This document shows, piece by piece, positions 27,132-39,802 of a DNA stretch of 64,000 bases (position 1 is the first letter of the stretch; the number at the start of each line of letters is the position of its first letter). The notes under the pieces were generated by a model, which ran no database searches, was not told where the DNA came from, and was given only the letters and a program-made list of their open reading frames with translations. Both the position numbers and the translations under genes were made by a program. Origin of the DNA: Eledone cirrhosa (lineage: Eukaryota); assembly GCA_964016885.1 (NCBI GenBank), contig OZ024743.1:111104001-111168000 (forward strand), given 5' to 3'.

Positions 27132-28460
27132 AAAGTTTAGTGAAAATATCCAAGGTACTCTTAGATCGTGTGCAGGGGCGGATATTTGTAATTTGGTAAG
27201 TCTTGTTTTCCTGGATACCTTAAGCACTAAATTCCCGGATTTTCATATCGGCTTCTACAATGATGAATATCTGACATTTTCAAGCTATATAAATGGTCAC
27301 GACCTAGATATTTTTAGGAATGTGTTAATCACTATTTAATCGGAACATAGACATCCGCCTAGACGTATATTCACATATAAAAAACCCATCTATGTGTCTA
27401 GCCAAAATATTAGTTACATATACAATAACTCATGCCATTCCTCTATAGTCTTTAAATATTTTTGTAAAAATCCGAGTAATGCGCACTGGATCAACTATAC
27501 AAAACGGTATTATACGAACCCGTGGTTTCACCATTGAATCACCATCACAACAATGAATCCTGGAAATACATCTGTATGCCAGAGATTCTGTTTAAAAACC
27601 ACTTCCTTAACCTTGTAATGATATTCAGATTACCCAATAAAATATACAGCACTAATTGGGTGAATAAAATATGGTAGCTCCATCAAAAGCAATATACTGG
27701 AAAAAACTCGACCATATATTATGACATGGTGAGAAATGGTGGATATTGAATAATCTCTACAACTATCCGGACATAATTTTTGTCCTAACATTCCTAAACA
27801 TCTTTTAAAGAAATGACCTGCCTCGTAATTATTGTTTGTTTATTTCCGCCAAACAATTATTTCTTAATTTATTGATTAATTTCTAGTCCCTTCCAAACAA
27901 TTAAATAATTAGCGTTCGTTTACATTTTGCCGTCAAATTTACTTATCTAGACAAATCAGTTCATTAACTCGTTTAGAACTATCCGCATTTAATTTATTTT
28001 CTGTATTTCCTTTCTGTGTAAACATATTCTGGTTCATTTTCATCTACACACGTTGAACAATTCGGTCCGGGGGACCAACTCTCGTGTATATGTATGAATG
28101 TATATTGTACACGAACGGTGTTCAAGGGATGTAAGTTTATGTTCCTTCCCCGGTTCTTCAGTCCAGTGCTTTCCGTCTCTACAATTTTGTTCTTTTACTT
28201 ATTTCAAACAATCTGGATGTCCATATCTTCACATTTCAAATTATTTAAGCCATCCTTGAAACATGCAATTTTAAGATATATATATATTTCTAAACCTCTC
28301 TAATGCGTAAGATACCCCTTGCCCCCCCCCCCCCCCCCCCCATGGCTGACTGAATATGAACCTCTGTTTTGTTTTACACACATCTCTTCCGTTTCTCCTT
28401 TTTATCAGTTTATATTTCTATTTTAAGTCTTATTTCTATTTTAAATTTTATTTCTATTTC

Positions 28461-28500
28461 TATCCGCCGATGAAGGACTGATGTCCGAAAACTTAAGATA
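28461..28500 (+). ncRNA. Minimal hammerhead-like remnant
   Basis: CCGATGA-A-GGAC(TGAT)GTCC-GAAA...TA-AGATA. Stem I is imperfect. Confidence 0.45.
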
Positions 28501-28799
28501 TTTTGTTATTTCAAGTGGTAAAATAATAACTCTTCAATGTAATCAATAGAGTCACAATTAATGGAGAAATACATCGTGCTGTAAAAGCAGATGGCGGCCA
28601 ACTTCATTCACTTTCAAGATGCATTTGACTGCGTGCAACTGGACTCGTTGTGGAACATTGCGCGCTTGTATGGTATTTCCCAGTGTGTCTTCACCATCTT
28701 CAACGGCCTGTAAGCCAACATGAGCTGTTGCGTGAGAACCGAATCCTATACAACCGAATTCTTCGGCATTATCTCAGGAATCAGTCAATCTTGCATTTT

Positions 28800-29341
28800 C
28801 TCTCCTGTTGTTCCTGCTGTCAGCATCCTGAGTAACAGTGATGACATCGAACTGAACATCAACTGCAAGATTAGAAAGGCAACCGCAGCCTTCAGCCCGT
28901 ACATCAAGCTGTGCTTGTACACTAGCACTGTACATCCCACGGCCTTCTATTCCATGAAACGTAGAAATGCAGCGCCAAGAAGGATAGGCGTCTAAATACT
29001 TTCAATCAAAGGTGCCTGTTTAAGTTCTAAAGGTCACCTGGCGAGATCGGATTAGGAACGAAGAGATACCGCGGAGAGCAGGGACGCGCGCAGTTCAGGA
29101 GATCGTCACAGAGCGTTGCTTACGTATTCCAGAACATTGCCCGTCCAAAACTGGGATGATATTGGAATATCTCCGAAGGCCAGCGGAAATAAGGCCAAAC
29201 AAAGATGACCTTGCGGCAGACATTCGAAAGCGACCTGCAAACCGTCAACATCACCTGGCATGAATGTCAAGGAGCTGCGAACGGCTGACAGAGTTGGAGT
29301 CGTTTTGTTGACATCTGATCCCGACGGAACAAGCCGAGCTA
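28800..29341 (+). mobile_element. Decayed RTE-like LINE 3' fragment
   Basis: Fragmented translation: DIELNINCKIRKATAAF, IKLCLYTS, QRCL, WRDRIRNEEI.RRAG, DLQTVNITWHEC. Confidence 0.7.
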
Positions 29342-29380
29342 AAAACTAAGAAATAAAAAAACATTATTAATGACCATCAT

Positions 29381-29571
29381 GGCGGTGAATTGGCAGTACA
29401 GTTAGAGGGTTGGACGCCATGCGTTGCAGCATAGAGTTACGCCCCTTTACATTCTGAGTTCAAATCTCACCGAGGTAAATTTGCCTTTCAACATTACGCG
29501 GTCGACAAAATGAAGCACCAGTAATGCACTGGGATAATTGCTGTCCATGTGCCAAAAGAAGAAACAATTAT
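29381..29571 (+). mobile_element. SINE
   Basis: Aligns end to end with 9971-10160. Confidence 0.85.
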
Positions 29572-29908
29572 AAATGATCATCATTAATACAATATTACAA
29601 GGAGTAAGGACCAACTTTGACATCATCGCCCTTTACACCTAACATGTTTTTTTTTGTCGTGGAGGAGCAAATGGTATAATAGATCAGACAACCAAGACAT
29701 TACTCATGTTAGTTAAAATATTGTCACCTATTATATCATGTATTCAATCTGTAATCAGGAACTAAATTTCACCCATTCTGCTGTGGTGATTTAAATTTGT
29801 ACATGAGATGTATGGAAAGATCATATATATCATTCCTGAAAATATGTGAAATTTAGTTAATGTTAGAGATAGTTATTCTTATAATCAGTAGTAGTAGTAG
29901 TAGTAGTT

Positions 29909-29945
<37 letters not shown>

Positions 29946-31096
29946 CAGTGTTATTGTGTGTATGCTGAAATGGTAGGGAGTCAGTAGATATATTTTATAA
30001 AGCCTTGGCAGAACGTAACTGTAGAATAACTTGAGAAACTTATTAAATTGAGGTTGGATTCGACACTTCTGTGATTTACATGATATCCTAATGCATGTCT
30101 GTGAGAGTATGTGTGTATGTGCGTGTGTAGGTGTGTTTATGGGGGGGGGGGGTACCAGTAATGCACTCTAATGGATTAAATTGTCTACACTTTTCTTATA
30201 TTGTAAAAAGATGTCCTCATGCCTAGGCAACAATAAATCAATATGCAAGCTTGCTATTGTAGCCCAAGTCGATTCTTCTTCATTTATCCAGTTCACAATA
30301 GTTTACTTCTGGTGGGAATTCAATTATATTAACAGCATATATTTATTATATTGTCATTTCCGTGGCCCTATATTTCACATAGGTCACTAGACAAACATTT
30401 CCAACGCTTTCTCAAACATTTTACGCGTCGCGTACAGGAAAAAATACATATAAAATATATTTAATATGAAAAAAAAGATGTGTAAGGTTTCTGAGAAACC
30501 ATTGTTTCTTGGCCGTTTCGTTTTGTAAGAATATTTTCTGCTTATAACAATAAAATATCTGAATATCTATTTTCGCGACGTATTCGATGTATATTTACTA
30601 TGGTGCATCTGAGATAATGTTACGAAAGACACAAAAGAATTATGAGAAAAAAGCATCATGTTATCGAAGAATCAATGAATCGATGTATATTTTAATAAAC
30701 ATTTTTAGTTTCTATGTGTTTATCCACCACGAATACTTGTTATTTTTTCTGATTATTTTTATTAATGATTCTCCAACATATAAATCAAGCAATGTCCGAT
30801 AAAAAGAAATTATGTAATAAATCCTACTGGCTGGAAGTAATTGTGATTGAATTGTAGTATGTATATTATATTTTAAAAATACATGAATACAATATTGGTT
30901 TAGTTTACAAGTTAAAAACTCCTGGTGACCTTAAAATACGAACATATTGGTCGGAAATCGCACATTATTAATTTTAATGTATGGTGACATTTCCATTAGG
31001 CTCAGATTCTACAAAAAATTCGATACTGTATATAACTTGTCACAATCTATTTAAAATCAGCAGTAATCAATATTAAATTAGTGATATGATATATAA

Positions 31097-31285
31097 TAAT
31101 TGTTTCTACTTTGGCACAAGGCCAGCAATCATCCAGTGTATTACTGGTACTTTATTTTATCGACCCCATAAAAATGAAAGGCAAAGTTAACTTCGGCGGG
31201 ATTTGAACTCAGAATAGCAAGCGCCGTAACTCTATGCGTCAAAGCATGGCGCCCAACCCGCTACCGATACGGCCAATCCACTGCC
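31097..31285 (-). mobile_element. SINE
   Basis: Reverse complement of the 9971 family. Confidence 0.85.
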
Positions 31286-31569
31286 CAATCCACCGATATG
31301 ATATTTAATAATATTCTTAGAATAGACAAAGAAATTTGTTTCATTTCCAGATTGATATTTGTTGACATCTCACAATTTTCATAAAAAATATTATGATGAT
31401 GTCAACAACAAAAAATGTTTCAGTGTTCTCTTTATGTAGGTTATGACTGGGGCATATTTAATCGTACAGCATATAATTCATGTTCAAATTTATAATATTT
31501 ATCATTGCTATTTAGGCGTTTAAAGACTAATGGTGCAGACTACCTATATTAGTGTAATATTCTAATATT

Positions 31570-31758
31570 ATAATTGTTTCTACTTTCCGCAGAAGGACAG
31601 CAATGAGCCAGTACATTACTGCTAATTTATTTTTTCGACCCTGTAATGATGAAAGGCAAAGTTAATTTCGCTGGGATTTGATTTCAGTCTGTAAAGGGAC
31701 ATAACTATGTGCTTCAAAGCATGGCGTACGACCCTCTACCGATACTGCCAATCCACCA
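31570..31758 (-). mobile_element. SINE
   Basis: Reverse complement of the 9971 family. Confidence 0.85.
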
Positions 31759-32253
31759 TAATAAAGTTCATGATCATTCTTATTAGTTGTTAAACCTAAT
31801 TAATAAATATTACTAAGAATGAAAATCGGAATAACCACTCTAATTATACAAAACATAGCTTTTGCATTTTGAATCATGATTTCAATTACAGTTGTTTCAC
31901 ATTCAAATCACATTCAAATGCCTAGATGGATACATTTTCTATAGTGTCCGGCGAATTAGCGATGTTGTACAGAACGCCTTGCGCAATTCGTTCCGACCTT
32001 GTGTATTCTGGTTTCAAATCAAATCAATAAAAAATCTGCAGTCCAGTAATGGGGTCAATTCTTCCTCTATAACACTTTCTTACTTAGACCTTATCTTGCT
32101 CGTGTTGTCTCTTTCTTTCTCTAATTGTTTCTCCTCATTTGAAAGACCTCGGTACGGTTCAAAACGTCTGTCAATACGGTGCCCTTACGACATCATCATG
32201 ATTTGCAGGTTCATATATACATATATATATATATGTATATATATATATAAAAT

Positions 32254-32429
32254 AAAGAGATTGTAGTAAGATACTAGGTGGACCATGATGTACCCGAGTA
32301 CTCGATACTTTGGGTAGTAGAGTGGGTAATATGAATAGATTCAGGGCCCCGACGGCTCAGCTCCGGCCGTATCGACATCTAGTTGTTGAAACGGCCGGAT
32401 CTCAGCCGTTGGGGCCCTGAATCATTTCA
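32254..32429. mobile_element. Diverged family B fold-back mini-element
   Basis: GGGTAGTAGAGTGGGTAAT and CCCCGACGGCT are shared with 2784-3120. Inverted arm at ~32385-32429. (TA)n on both sides. Confidence 0.75.
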
Positions 32430-34067
32430 TATATATATTTATTCTTCGGGCCCTAAAACCAGGCAATATCTAAATAATCTCTTGTACCCTACGACAATAA
32501 GATCATAACATAAACATTGAGTTTTATAACCTGAACATTGACATGTTCTATAGATTTGCTTAGCAGATGCTAGTCACTACATTAGGTGACTAAACATTTT
32601 CCTTACCTGGAAATAAAGAAGAATATATCGTCATTTGTATACGTTACACTATTAATTGCACCAACACAATGTTTTTATTAATCATTAAATACACCATTTA
32701 TATTGTTCATTGATATTACGTTATGCTTGCAACGTTCCATATTCTTGTGACTAAAGTTTAGATGAATGAAAAAAAAACAATAATTGCATTGTTTACATTC
32801 CTTGGTATCGATTTGCTTGCATAGACAAGACTTGTGGCAGTAAAGTGAAATACTTGTGACGTCGATTTGAATTGTTTCACTTAAAGCGTCAACATTAATA
32901 CATGATTATATTTTCCACAGTATATCAGGATAAATCTTACTGGAGAATGGTAATTGTTTACGTGTATTCACATCGGTATTATGGTATGGATGAATTATTA
33001 GCTTAAACTGATGTCGGAAGGACGCCGTCTTGATATAAGCCGTGTCTTCAGCATTTTGAACCCTGTGGATACCATCAACTTTCGAAAACTAAACACACCC
33101 CATTTCCTCCATGAAGGGCATTGGTAGATGAGAAAGATATATAGGAAGAATAGAAGCCAGTAGTGAATTAGAGCTACTAATATCGACGTCTAAATGATTA
33201 AGAGCAAAATAGACTTCTCCTGAATTTGATTTCAAATGGAGAGATGGACCGGGATAAATGTTGGAAAGACATCTGTAGAACACTATAAGAACTCTTTCAA
33301 TTTGCCAGCTCTCCCCACATAAGTACTTAACTGTTGATATTATTGATAAATATACGCTTGCTTGTCAACATTTTAAAATAGGTTCTTTTAATATATTAGA
33401 TGATTTTTCTCAGTGAAAGAGAAACATTTAAAGAACGAATGAGAATCCCTCCTAACGCAATTGCTATACCTAAAATTAATATATTGACTTTCTACAGATG
33501 CTACCATTCGTTTACACAACAGAAAATGAATAAATAAATAAATAAATTGATTAATATAATTCAAACTTCAACATTAAATTAGACATCAGAAAATTATCTA
33601 TAAATGGGAACAGCCAATTTACATATATCTGTTAGCAAATCTAGGCATGAATAACCACACACACGCACCCCCCACCCCCCACGCACGCGCGCGCGCGCAC
33701 ACACACACACACAAACACACGAGAAGATAAACAAATCAATGTTTCAAAAGCATGGCGTTTTAGAACCAATTTCTAATGATTCAGACTGAGATTGATTCAC
33801 CAAAAGTATTTTCTTTTTTATACTCTCATATATTTTCTAAATTTCTATTTCTATTTTTATTTTAAATATAACTTAGACGAAGATAGCCTGCACCCTACCC
33901 CTCGATTGATACCTTCTTATCATTTGTATCATATTCATAATTGTATTTTTATGAATTTGTTACGTCCTCATTCTTTTATACATCATATTATCTGCAATTC
34001 TATCTGAGATGCTGACAAAATAAAACTACATACACATACACAAAGACACACACAAAACACACACACA

Positions 34068-34104
<37 letters not shown>

Positions 34105-34322
34105 TCTTACTATAGAACTTCAAAATGCCACCTGTGTTGTATTTTGAATAGAAAAAAAAATAAATTAAACACTAACCCCACCCTCACCACCGATATCACA
34201 AAAAAATATATACATAAGAAGGATATACCCATATATTAAACTTGCCATCAAATTATAAGAAGATGCTTCGTTAGTATTAGAAATGATGGATATAACCAAT
34301 CGAAACCGATAATATTTTGCAG

Positions 34323-34388
34323 GCAAAACGAACTGGCATGAGACCCAGTCGTAGACTTCGGGCAAGATGGTTGAATAGTGTCCATAAT
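34323..34388 (+). CDS. Possible isolated 66-nt host coding exon (AKRTGMRPSRRLRARWLNSVHN)
   Basis: TTTTGCAG acceptor, GTAAGC donor, open only in phase 0, locally GC-richer. No homology recognised. Confidence 0.25.
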
Positions 34389-34512
34389 GTAAGCTCGACT
34401 CGTCACACTTGATGCAACAGAATCACTTGGAAACGGTTGTTTCTCACAGGACATACTAGAAGAAGTGTTGGATGATTCTATTCCTACTACACTCTCAGAA
34501 ATAAGTGGGAGA

Positions 34513-34573
<61 letters not shown>

Positions 34574-35215
34574 TATATATATACATATATACACATAACT
34601 GAATTTACTTGCACGTATATAGGGTTGCGGTTGACCCCATTTCTCCAATTTACATCGTCAAACTGAGATTTGACCAATATAACATTTGTTGTTTTGTAAA
34701 CTAACTTACGGTGTGTGTACTCACGTCGGTGTGTGTACTCACTCACACTACCTGTGACCGACTGTAATTCTAAAGATTTGATGTTGATATTAGACCCGTG
34801 CAGCGTCTTTTACAGCCATTGAGAGATAGAGACTTAATAGTTTTATGACCCTAACTGAGGACGATAGCAGTCGGCGCGTTTTGGCTGATTAATCTTCATA
34901 TGGGGGACACAATTCTAGTGAGTGAACATCGTTAAATTTTCTCCCACATATCAAGGATTTGTAGACAATTCATTTTCACCTGACGAGATCAGAGTTAATC
35001 GATCATGGCCGCACGATCGATCTATCTCTTATTGAAACATGTGTCGTGATTAAAATAATTGGAAATTGATACCATGCCTTCGGATCTTTATTTTGATACA
35101 AATACTCTGTTTTACATCATGTAGAGGTTCCCATAAATGGGATTGGAGATATACAAATGCGTGGAGAACTTAATATTGCTAACAAAAGTTTATTGGACAC
35201 AACCAATAATACACC

Positions 35216-35282
<67 letters not shown>

Positions 35283-35346
35283 TATGGTGTGGTGTGGTGT
35301 GGTGTGGTGTGGTGTGGTATGGTGTGGTGTGGTGTGGTGTGTGTGG

Positions 35347-37278
35347 TTATACGCCCCATGATCAAGATGTCCCCAGATGTATGTGCCAGTACAGAGGACC
35401 ACATCATCAGAATCAATGAGTGCAACAAAACAAAAACCTATCTAACTGCATAATAGGCAATATGGACGTGGTATCACTATACCCATCCATTAACATTGAT
35501 TTTGCTGTGGAAAAATGCTGGGTGATGATCAGTGAGAGTGAGGTGGAGTTCTGCGACGTCGACACAGATGAACTGGGCCTCCTACTTAGACTTACCTATG
35601 ACGCCAAGTACCTAGACAGCCATGACCTTAACCGTTTGTGCCCCATTAGACCCATAAGAGGTAGATACCCCACTATAACCTCAACTGCCAAAAGGATCCC
35701 CCAAAACAATGATCAGGTAAGAAAAATGGTCGCACATGCAATAGGGGGCTAGTATTAAAACCACTCTAAAGGGCTACATATTCAAATTCAACGAAACGAT
35801 CTACACCCAAAATGAGGGACCAGCCATTGGCGTCAGCATAGCTGGTGACGTTGCCAACCTTTTTATGTTCTCGTGGCAAAGGAGACTCAAATATCTCCTT
35901 GATGAAAGCTTCATAGACCTCATCATGTACTCTCGTTACGTAGAATGTAGCACAATGGAAAGCATCCAGAAGATAGCTAACTCCATACACCAGAGTATAA
36001 CTGTAACTATCGACTACCCTTCTAAACACGCTAGCATTAGACCATCTGTATTAGACACGGAATTCTGGATTAACACTATAGACGAGAGGGCCTAAATTCT
36101 CAACTCACACTACGCTAAACACATGTCCTCCAAATACCTGATACTCAAACTCAGCAATGTCCTGTAGTGCTAAGTTTAAATTCTGATCGCAGACATTGTA
36201 CGAGTGATGAAGAACGTATCCCTCATGTGCAATCCAACAGAAATGGAAAGACACATCCAACAGTTCATCAACCGCATGCAGTTCTCTGGTTTCAACCAAG
36301 AGACACAATCAGAGTATACAAAGGAGACACGGAGAAGTATAAGACCCTCATAGAACTGGACATGAAAGGAATTTGCCCATTATACAGGAACAATTCAGGG
36401 GATAGCTTAGATAGGACTAAACATCAGATAGCGAAAGCCACCTCATGGTACGACAACCAGAGATACCAGAATATCATGTTCGTGGACGCTACTCCTGGAG
36501 GAAAATTAGCTAACCAGTGTCGAAATGCCCTGAGAAAGACCCACTTAAAGATTAAAGTGGTAGAAAAGCCAGGAACTACCATAAAATCCCTGATCAGCAA
36601 AACCCCCTTTTAAGAAAATGTGTTTTATGTAAAGTAAACCCTCAGATAAACTGTAAAACAAGAAACGTAGTCAATAGCATAAGTTGTACAGAGGGTACTT
36701 TCAGAAACATGACAACAAGATACATAGGCGAGACAGCTCGAAGTATAGGAGAAGAGATAGGCTAACACTCGGGGGGAATTAAAAGGACGAATAAACGGTT
36801 CAGTAGTATACGAATATGTCAGACAACAACATGATGGTATCATAGACAATATAAAAATTAAAACAATATCTAAACATAGAAATGACCCAGCAGATAGGCA
36901 AATCAGAGAGGCAAGCTTAATAGAGTTTAGAAGGCCAAAGCTAAACAGAAAAAATGAATGAAATAACAACTCCCAAATAAACAATACTGACTTAAGAGAA
37001 ATATAAATAAATAAATAAATAAATAAATATATACACAAGCATATAAATAAACACTAGTAAACTAAGATATAATACAATAACCAAAACACAGTCACCCAAA
37101 CGCGAAAACACACCATACACTATACACACACGCAAACGCATGCACAGAGAAGAAGACAAAAATAAATAAATGAATAAACAGATAAAATAAAAATGGCGTA
37201 GATATATAATACAACAGGAGGAACATAATAGTACCACTGATGATGTTGCAGATGTGCAACAAAATAAATTGGTGAGAC
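35347..37278 (+). mobile_element. Decayed Naiad-like PLE (RT + GIY-YIG) with degenerate hammerhead at 37233-37273
   Basis: IIGNMDVVSLYPSI, IGVSIAGDVANLF, DYPSKH...VLD, VVEKPG...PF, CVLC...C..RNVV.SISC...YIGETARS. Downstream ACCA-CTGATGA-T-GTTGCA(GATG)TGCAAC-AAAA...TGGT. Clade assignment is from remembered motifs. Confidence 0.8.
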
Positions 37279-37429
37279 TATATATATATATGTGTTTATA
37301 TCTATATTATATCTGCATTTTTGACCGTTGGTCATTCAATGATAAACATTGAGGACCAAATGAATTAACTGTGAAGATATAACAGATACAGAAGCGAAAA
37401 CCAACCAAACTGTGAGTGTGTTCTGTTAT

Positions 37430-37535
37430 TATTTCTGGCAATATTATTACAACAATATGACCCTCCCCAAGTATAACAATATTTGTATCGACACACGATT
37501 TCATATCAAAAACCTCGCAAAACAAAATCATTGCC

Positions 37536-37538
<3 letters not shown>
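37430..37538 (+). mobile_element. Family A tail (diverged)
   Basis: MTLPKYNNICIDTRFHIKNLAKQ ending in (TA)n. Confidence 0.65.
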
Positions 37539-37596
<58 letters not shown>

Positions 37597-37822
37597 GGGG
37601 TAACAAGTAATAGTTATATCCAGTCACCTTAGGTGTAGTCCAGTTATGGTATTCCGGGTAGTGGATGATATCAACGCTAGGCTTGGTTTGACTCAACAAG
37701 GCGTATTCATAGTGATGCTGCGAGTATGCTGTAATTCCTATGTTGTAAACACTTGGAGTAATAATAAATCAGGAAAGAAGATTGACATGGTTTGCAATAC
37801 AAAAAAAGGTTTTTAATCTCAT

Positions 37823-37930
37823 TGCTGACAATTGTTTCTCTGAACTGGTAGGTCTAGAGATGGCTATTCGCTTGTTTTCACGTTACTCGATCGCCAATAC
37901 AAAATTATAACCAGTCAGTTCTTCGGAGCA
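37823..37930 (-). ncRNA. Type I hammerhead ribozyme with 81-nt stem II domain
   Basis: TGCT-CCGAAGA-ACTGACTGG...CCAGTTCAGA-GAAAC-AATT-GTC-AGCA, followed by ATTAAA. Confidence 0.75.
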
Positions 37931-38786
37931 TGCGAGAATGAAGAGAATATACAGGCATAAATGGAATATACAGGCTACTATATGAAGTAGTAATGGCATT
38001 CAGTTAGAACAATTACAACAATTACAACAATGCTAGTAATAAATAATTTGAGGAGACCCTGACATTACATTAGGTGGGGGGTATAGTGTATCTAAGATTT
38101 CGGCGTGTAAAACTAGCTGACATGAAGCAGAAGTATAAGTTTGGCATGTCGTAGGGTGTATTGTATTTTAAAGATAAGCCGGTGTTTATCACCAATATAG
38201 GTCAGGTGGCCGTAATGTTCAGTATTTATCTGACCGACGAAGTATTTATCATTGAGTAGAATTTGTGTGGTCTACATTAGATGAGAATACAGTCTTTCTT
38301 TTCATCTTCAATAACATACATGTATGGGACAACGCTGTCAAAGCTAAATAGTGGGCGAGTTAATACAGAGGTTAAGGAGGTAATACATATATATATATAC
38401 ATATATATATACATATATATATATATATACATACATACACACACACATATATATACACACGCATGTGTACATAGACACATACATACACATCAATATACAC
38501 CCGTACAAATACATACATATATGCAAAGAGATAAACATGCTGACTGAAATTATTGCAAAAGGAAGGTAAAGTTACATTGTAGTAGTGATTTGAGAAATTC
38601 TTGGATTTAGGATCAAGTGATGGCAGCAGCTGAGAAGGAATAAGTTTATGGGTTGATGAGGTACTTGCAGACATTTGTGTGGTAAAGACTTGTGAAGGCT
38701 AGATTGTACTTAATGAGTATATTTCTGTGGTGATTTATGCAGGGTAGTGGGTATCCTAGTTTAAAGTTATGTTGTGTTGGTTCGAT

Positions 38787-39452
38787 TCACGGAGGTTTGA
38801 ATCTTATGAATTTAGTGGCAATTCTATGTCTGCAGAAGATAGATCTTTCTAACTTATTGTTAAGTAGCCTTTTAACATTTTTGAGGATATACATTAGTTC
38901 TAGATCACATAGCCCGCAGTGGGACATACCTGTACTATAGGTTTTAGCAGTCGACAACTTCGACCAGTTAATGCTGTATTTAGTGCTGCTGTCCTTCAGA
39001 TCCCATATTTTTTTGGCGAGGGTTGTGGAACCCATAAGTGCACGGTTTTTCATTGAGTGCCTGTGCACATACCATCTTTTTTTAAAAGAACCCGCGGTGG
39101 ATCCTATGTAATTCCAGGTGCAGTTATCCGAGTTGACCGTGCACATGTATACTAGGCTCGAATCGAGACATCTGTTCGCCAATGGGCACCTATCTGGTAG
39201 ATGACAATTACAGTGTGAGGCGCTATTTTGTGCAGCTTCTACACTCCTGTTTAGTACTCTGTTATAAGTGGGTTGTGATATATGCCCATTGGGGTTTTGC
39301 TGTTGCGCGTCTGTATGCCCTTGCGGTTGTGATGTTGTGATGTGTTTATGCTTATAATTTGGTGCTACGTTATGCATAGGTGCGGTTGATTTACTAGAGA
39401 TATTTCTGTGGTTGATCCTGCGTATGTGTGATTCCATATTTGCTGCTTCCAA
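38787..39452 (-). pseudogene. PLE linker + GIY-YIG endonuclease (uninterrupted C-terminal ORF fragment)
   Basis: CNCHLPDRCPL, LVYMC...YIGSTAGSFKKRW..H, CGLCDLE, LNNKLE...CRH. Confidence 0.92.
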
Positions 39453-39732
39453 GTATGAAAGTGTTATGGTAAATCTATTGAGTATTTTGTGATATCTATG
39501 TGAGATAGGGAAGTGTTTATCTATAAGATTAAAGAATGTCGAGGGCAGTCTATTTTTTATAGAGGAGCATGTCAGCTAGTTTTACACGCTAGTTATTTTA
39601 CACGCTAGTTTTTTTACACGCTAGTTTTAATGTCAGCTAGTTTTAAACTATTTTTCACTGTGAACAATTTGTCAGCATTTTCTTTTCCGTTTACCAATAT
39701 ATCTTGACTTGTGTGTTACACCTCCATTCTTT

Positions 39733-39802
<70 letters not shown>

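Larger units (their letters stand above)
37596..39645 (-). mobile_element. Family C PLE, 5'-truncated
   Basis: Thumb/linker/GIY-YIG ORF, 3' UTR, hammerhead, and a terminus homologous to 12214-12545. Confidence 0.88.

Noticed and set aside
34248-34586. Minus-strand Ser/Thr-rich ORF with hydrophobic tail (GPI-signal-like)
   Set aside because: Starts in (TA)n, has a weak acceptor and overlaps a better-bounded plus-strand exon candidate.
35281-35346. (TGGTG)n as a telomeric or G-quadruplex repeat
   Set aside because: Derived from the adjacent (GT)n by slippage. It is not TTAGGG and has only GG runs.
35347-36990. Selenocysteine recoding in the Naiad-like PLE
   Set aside because: Visible Cys positions of the endonuclease region are TGT (one GGT), not TGA. 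Stops look like random decay and no SECIS was recognised.
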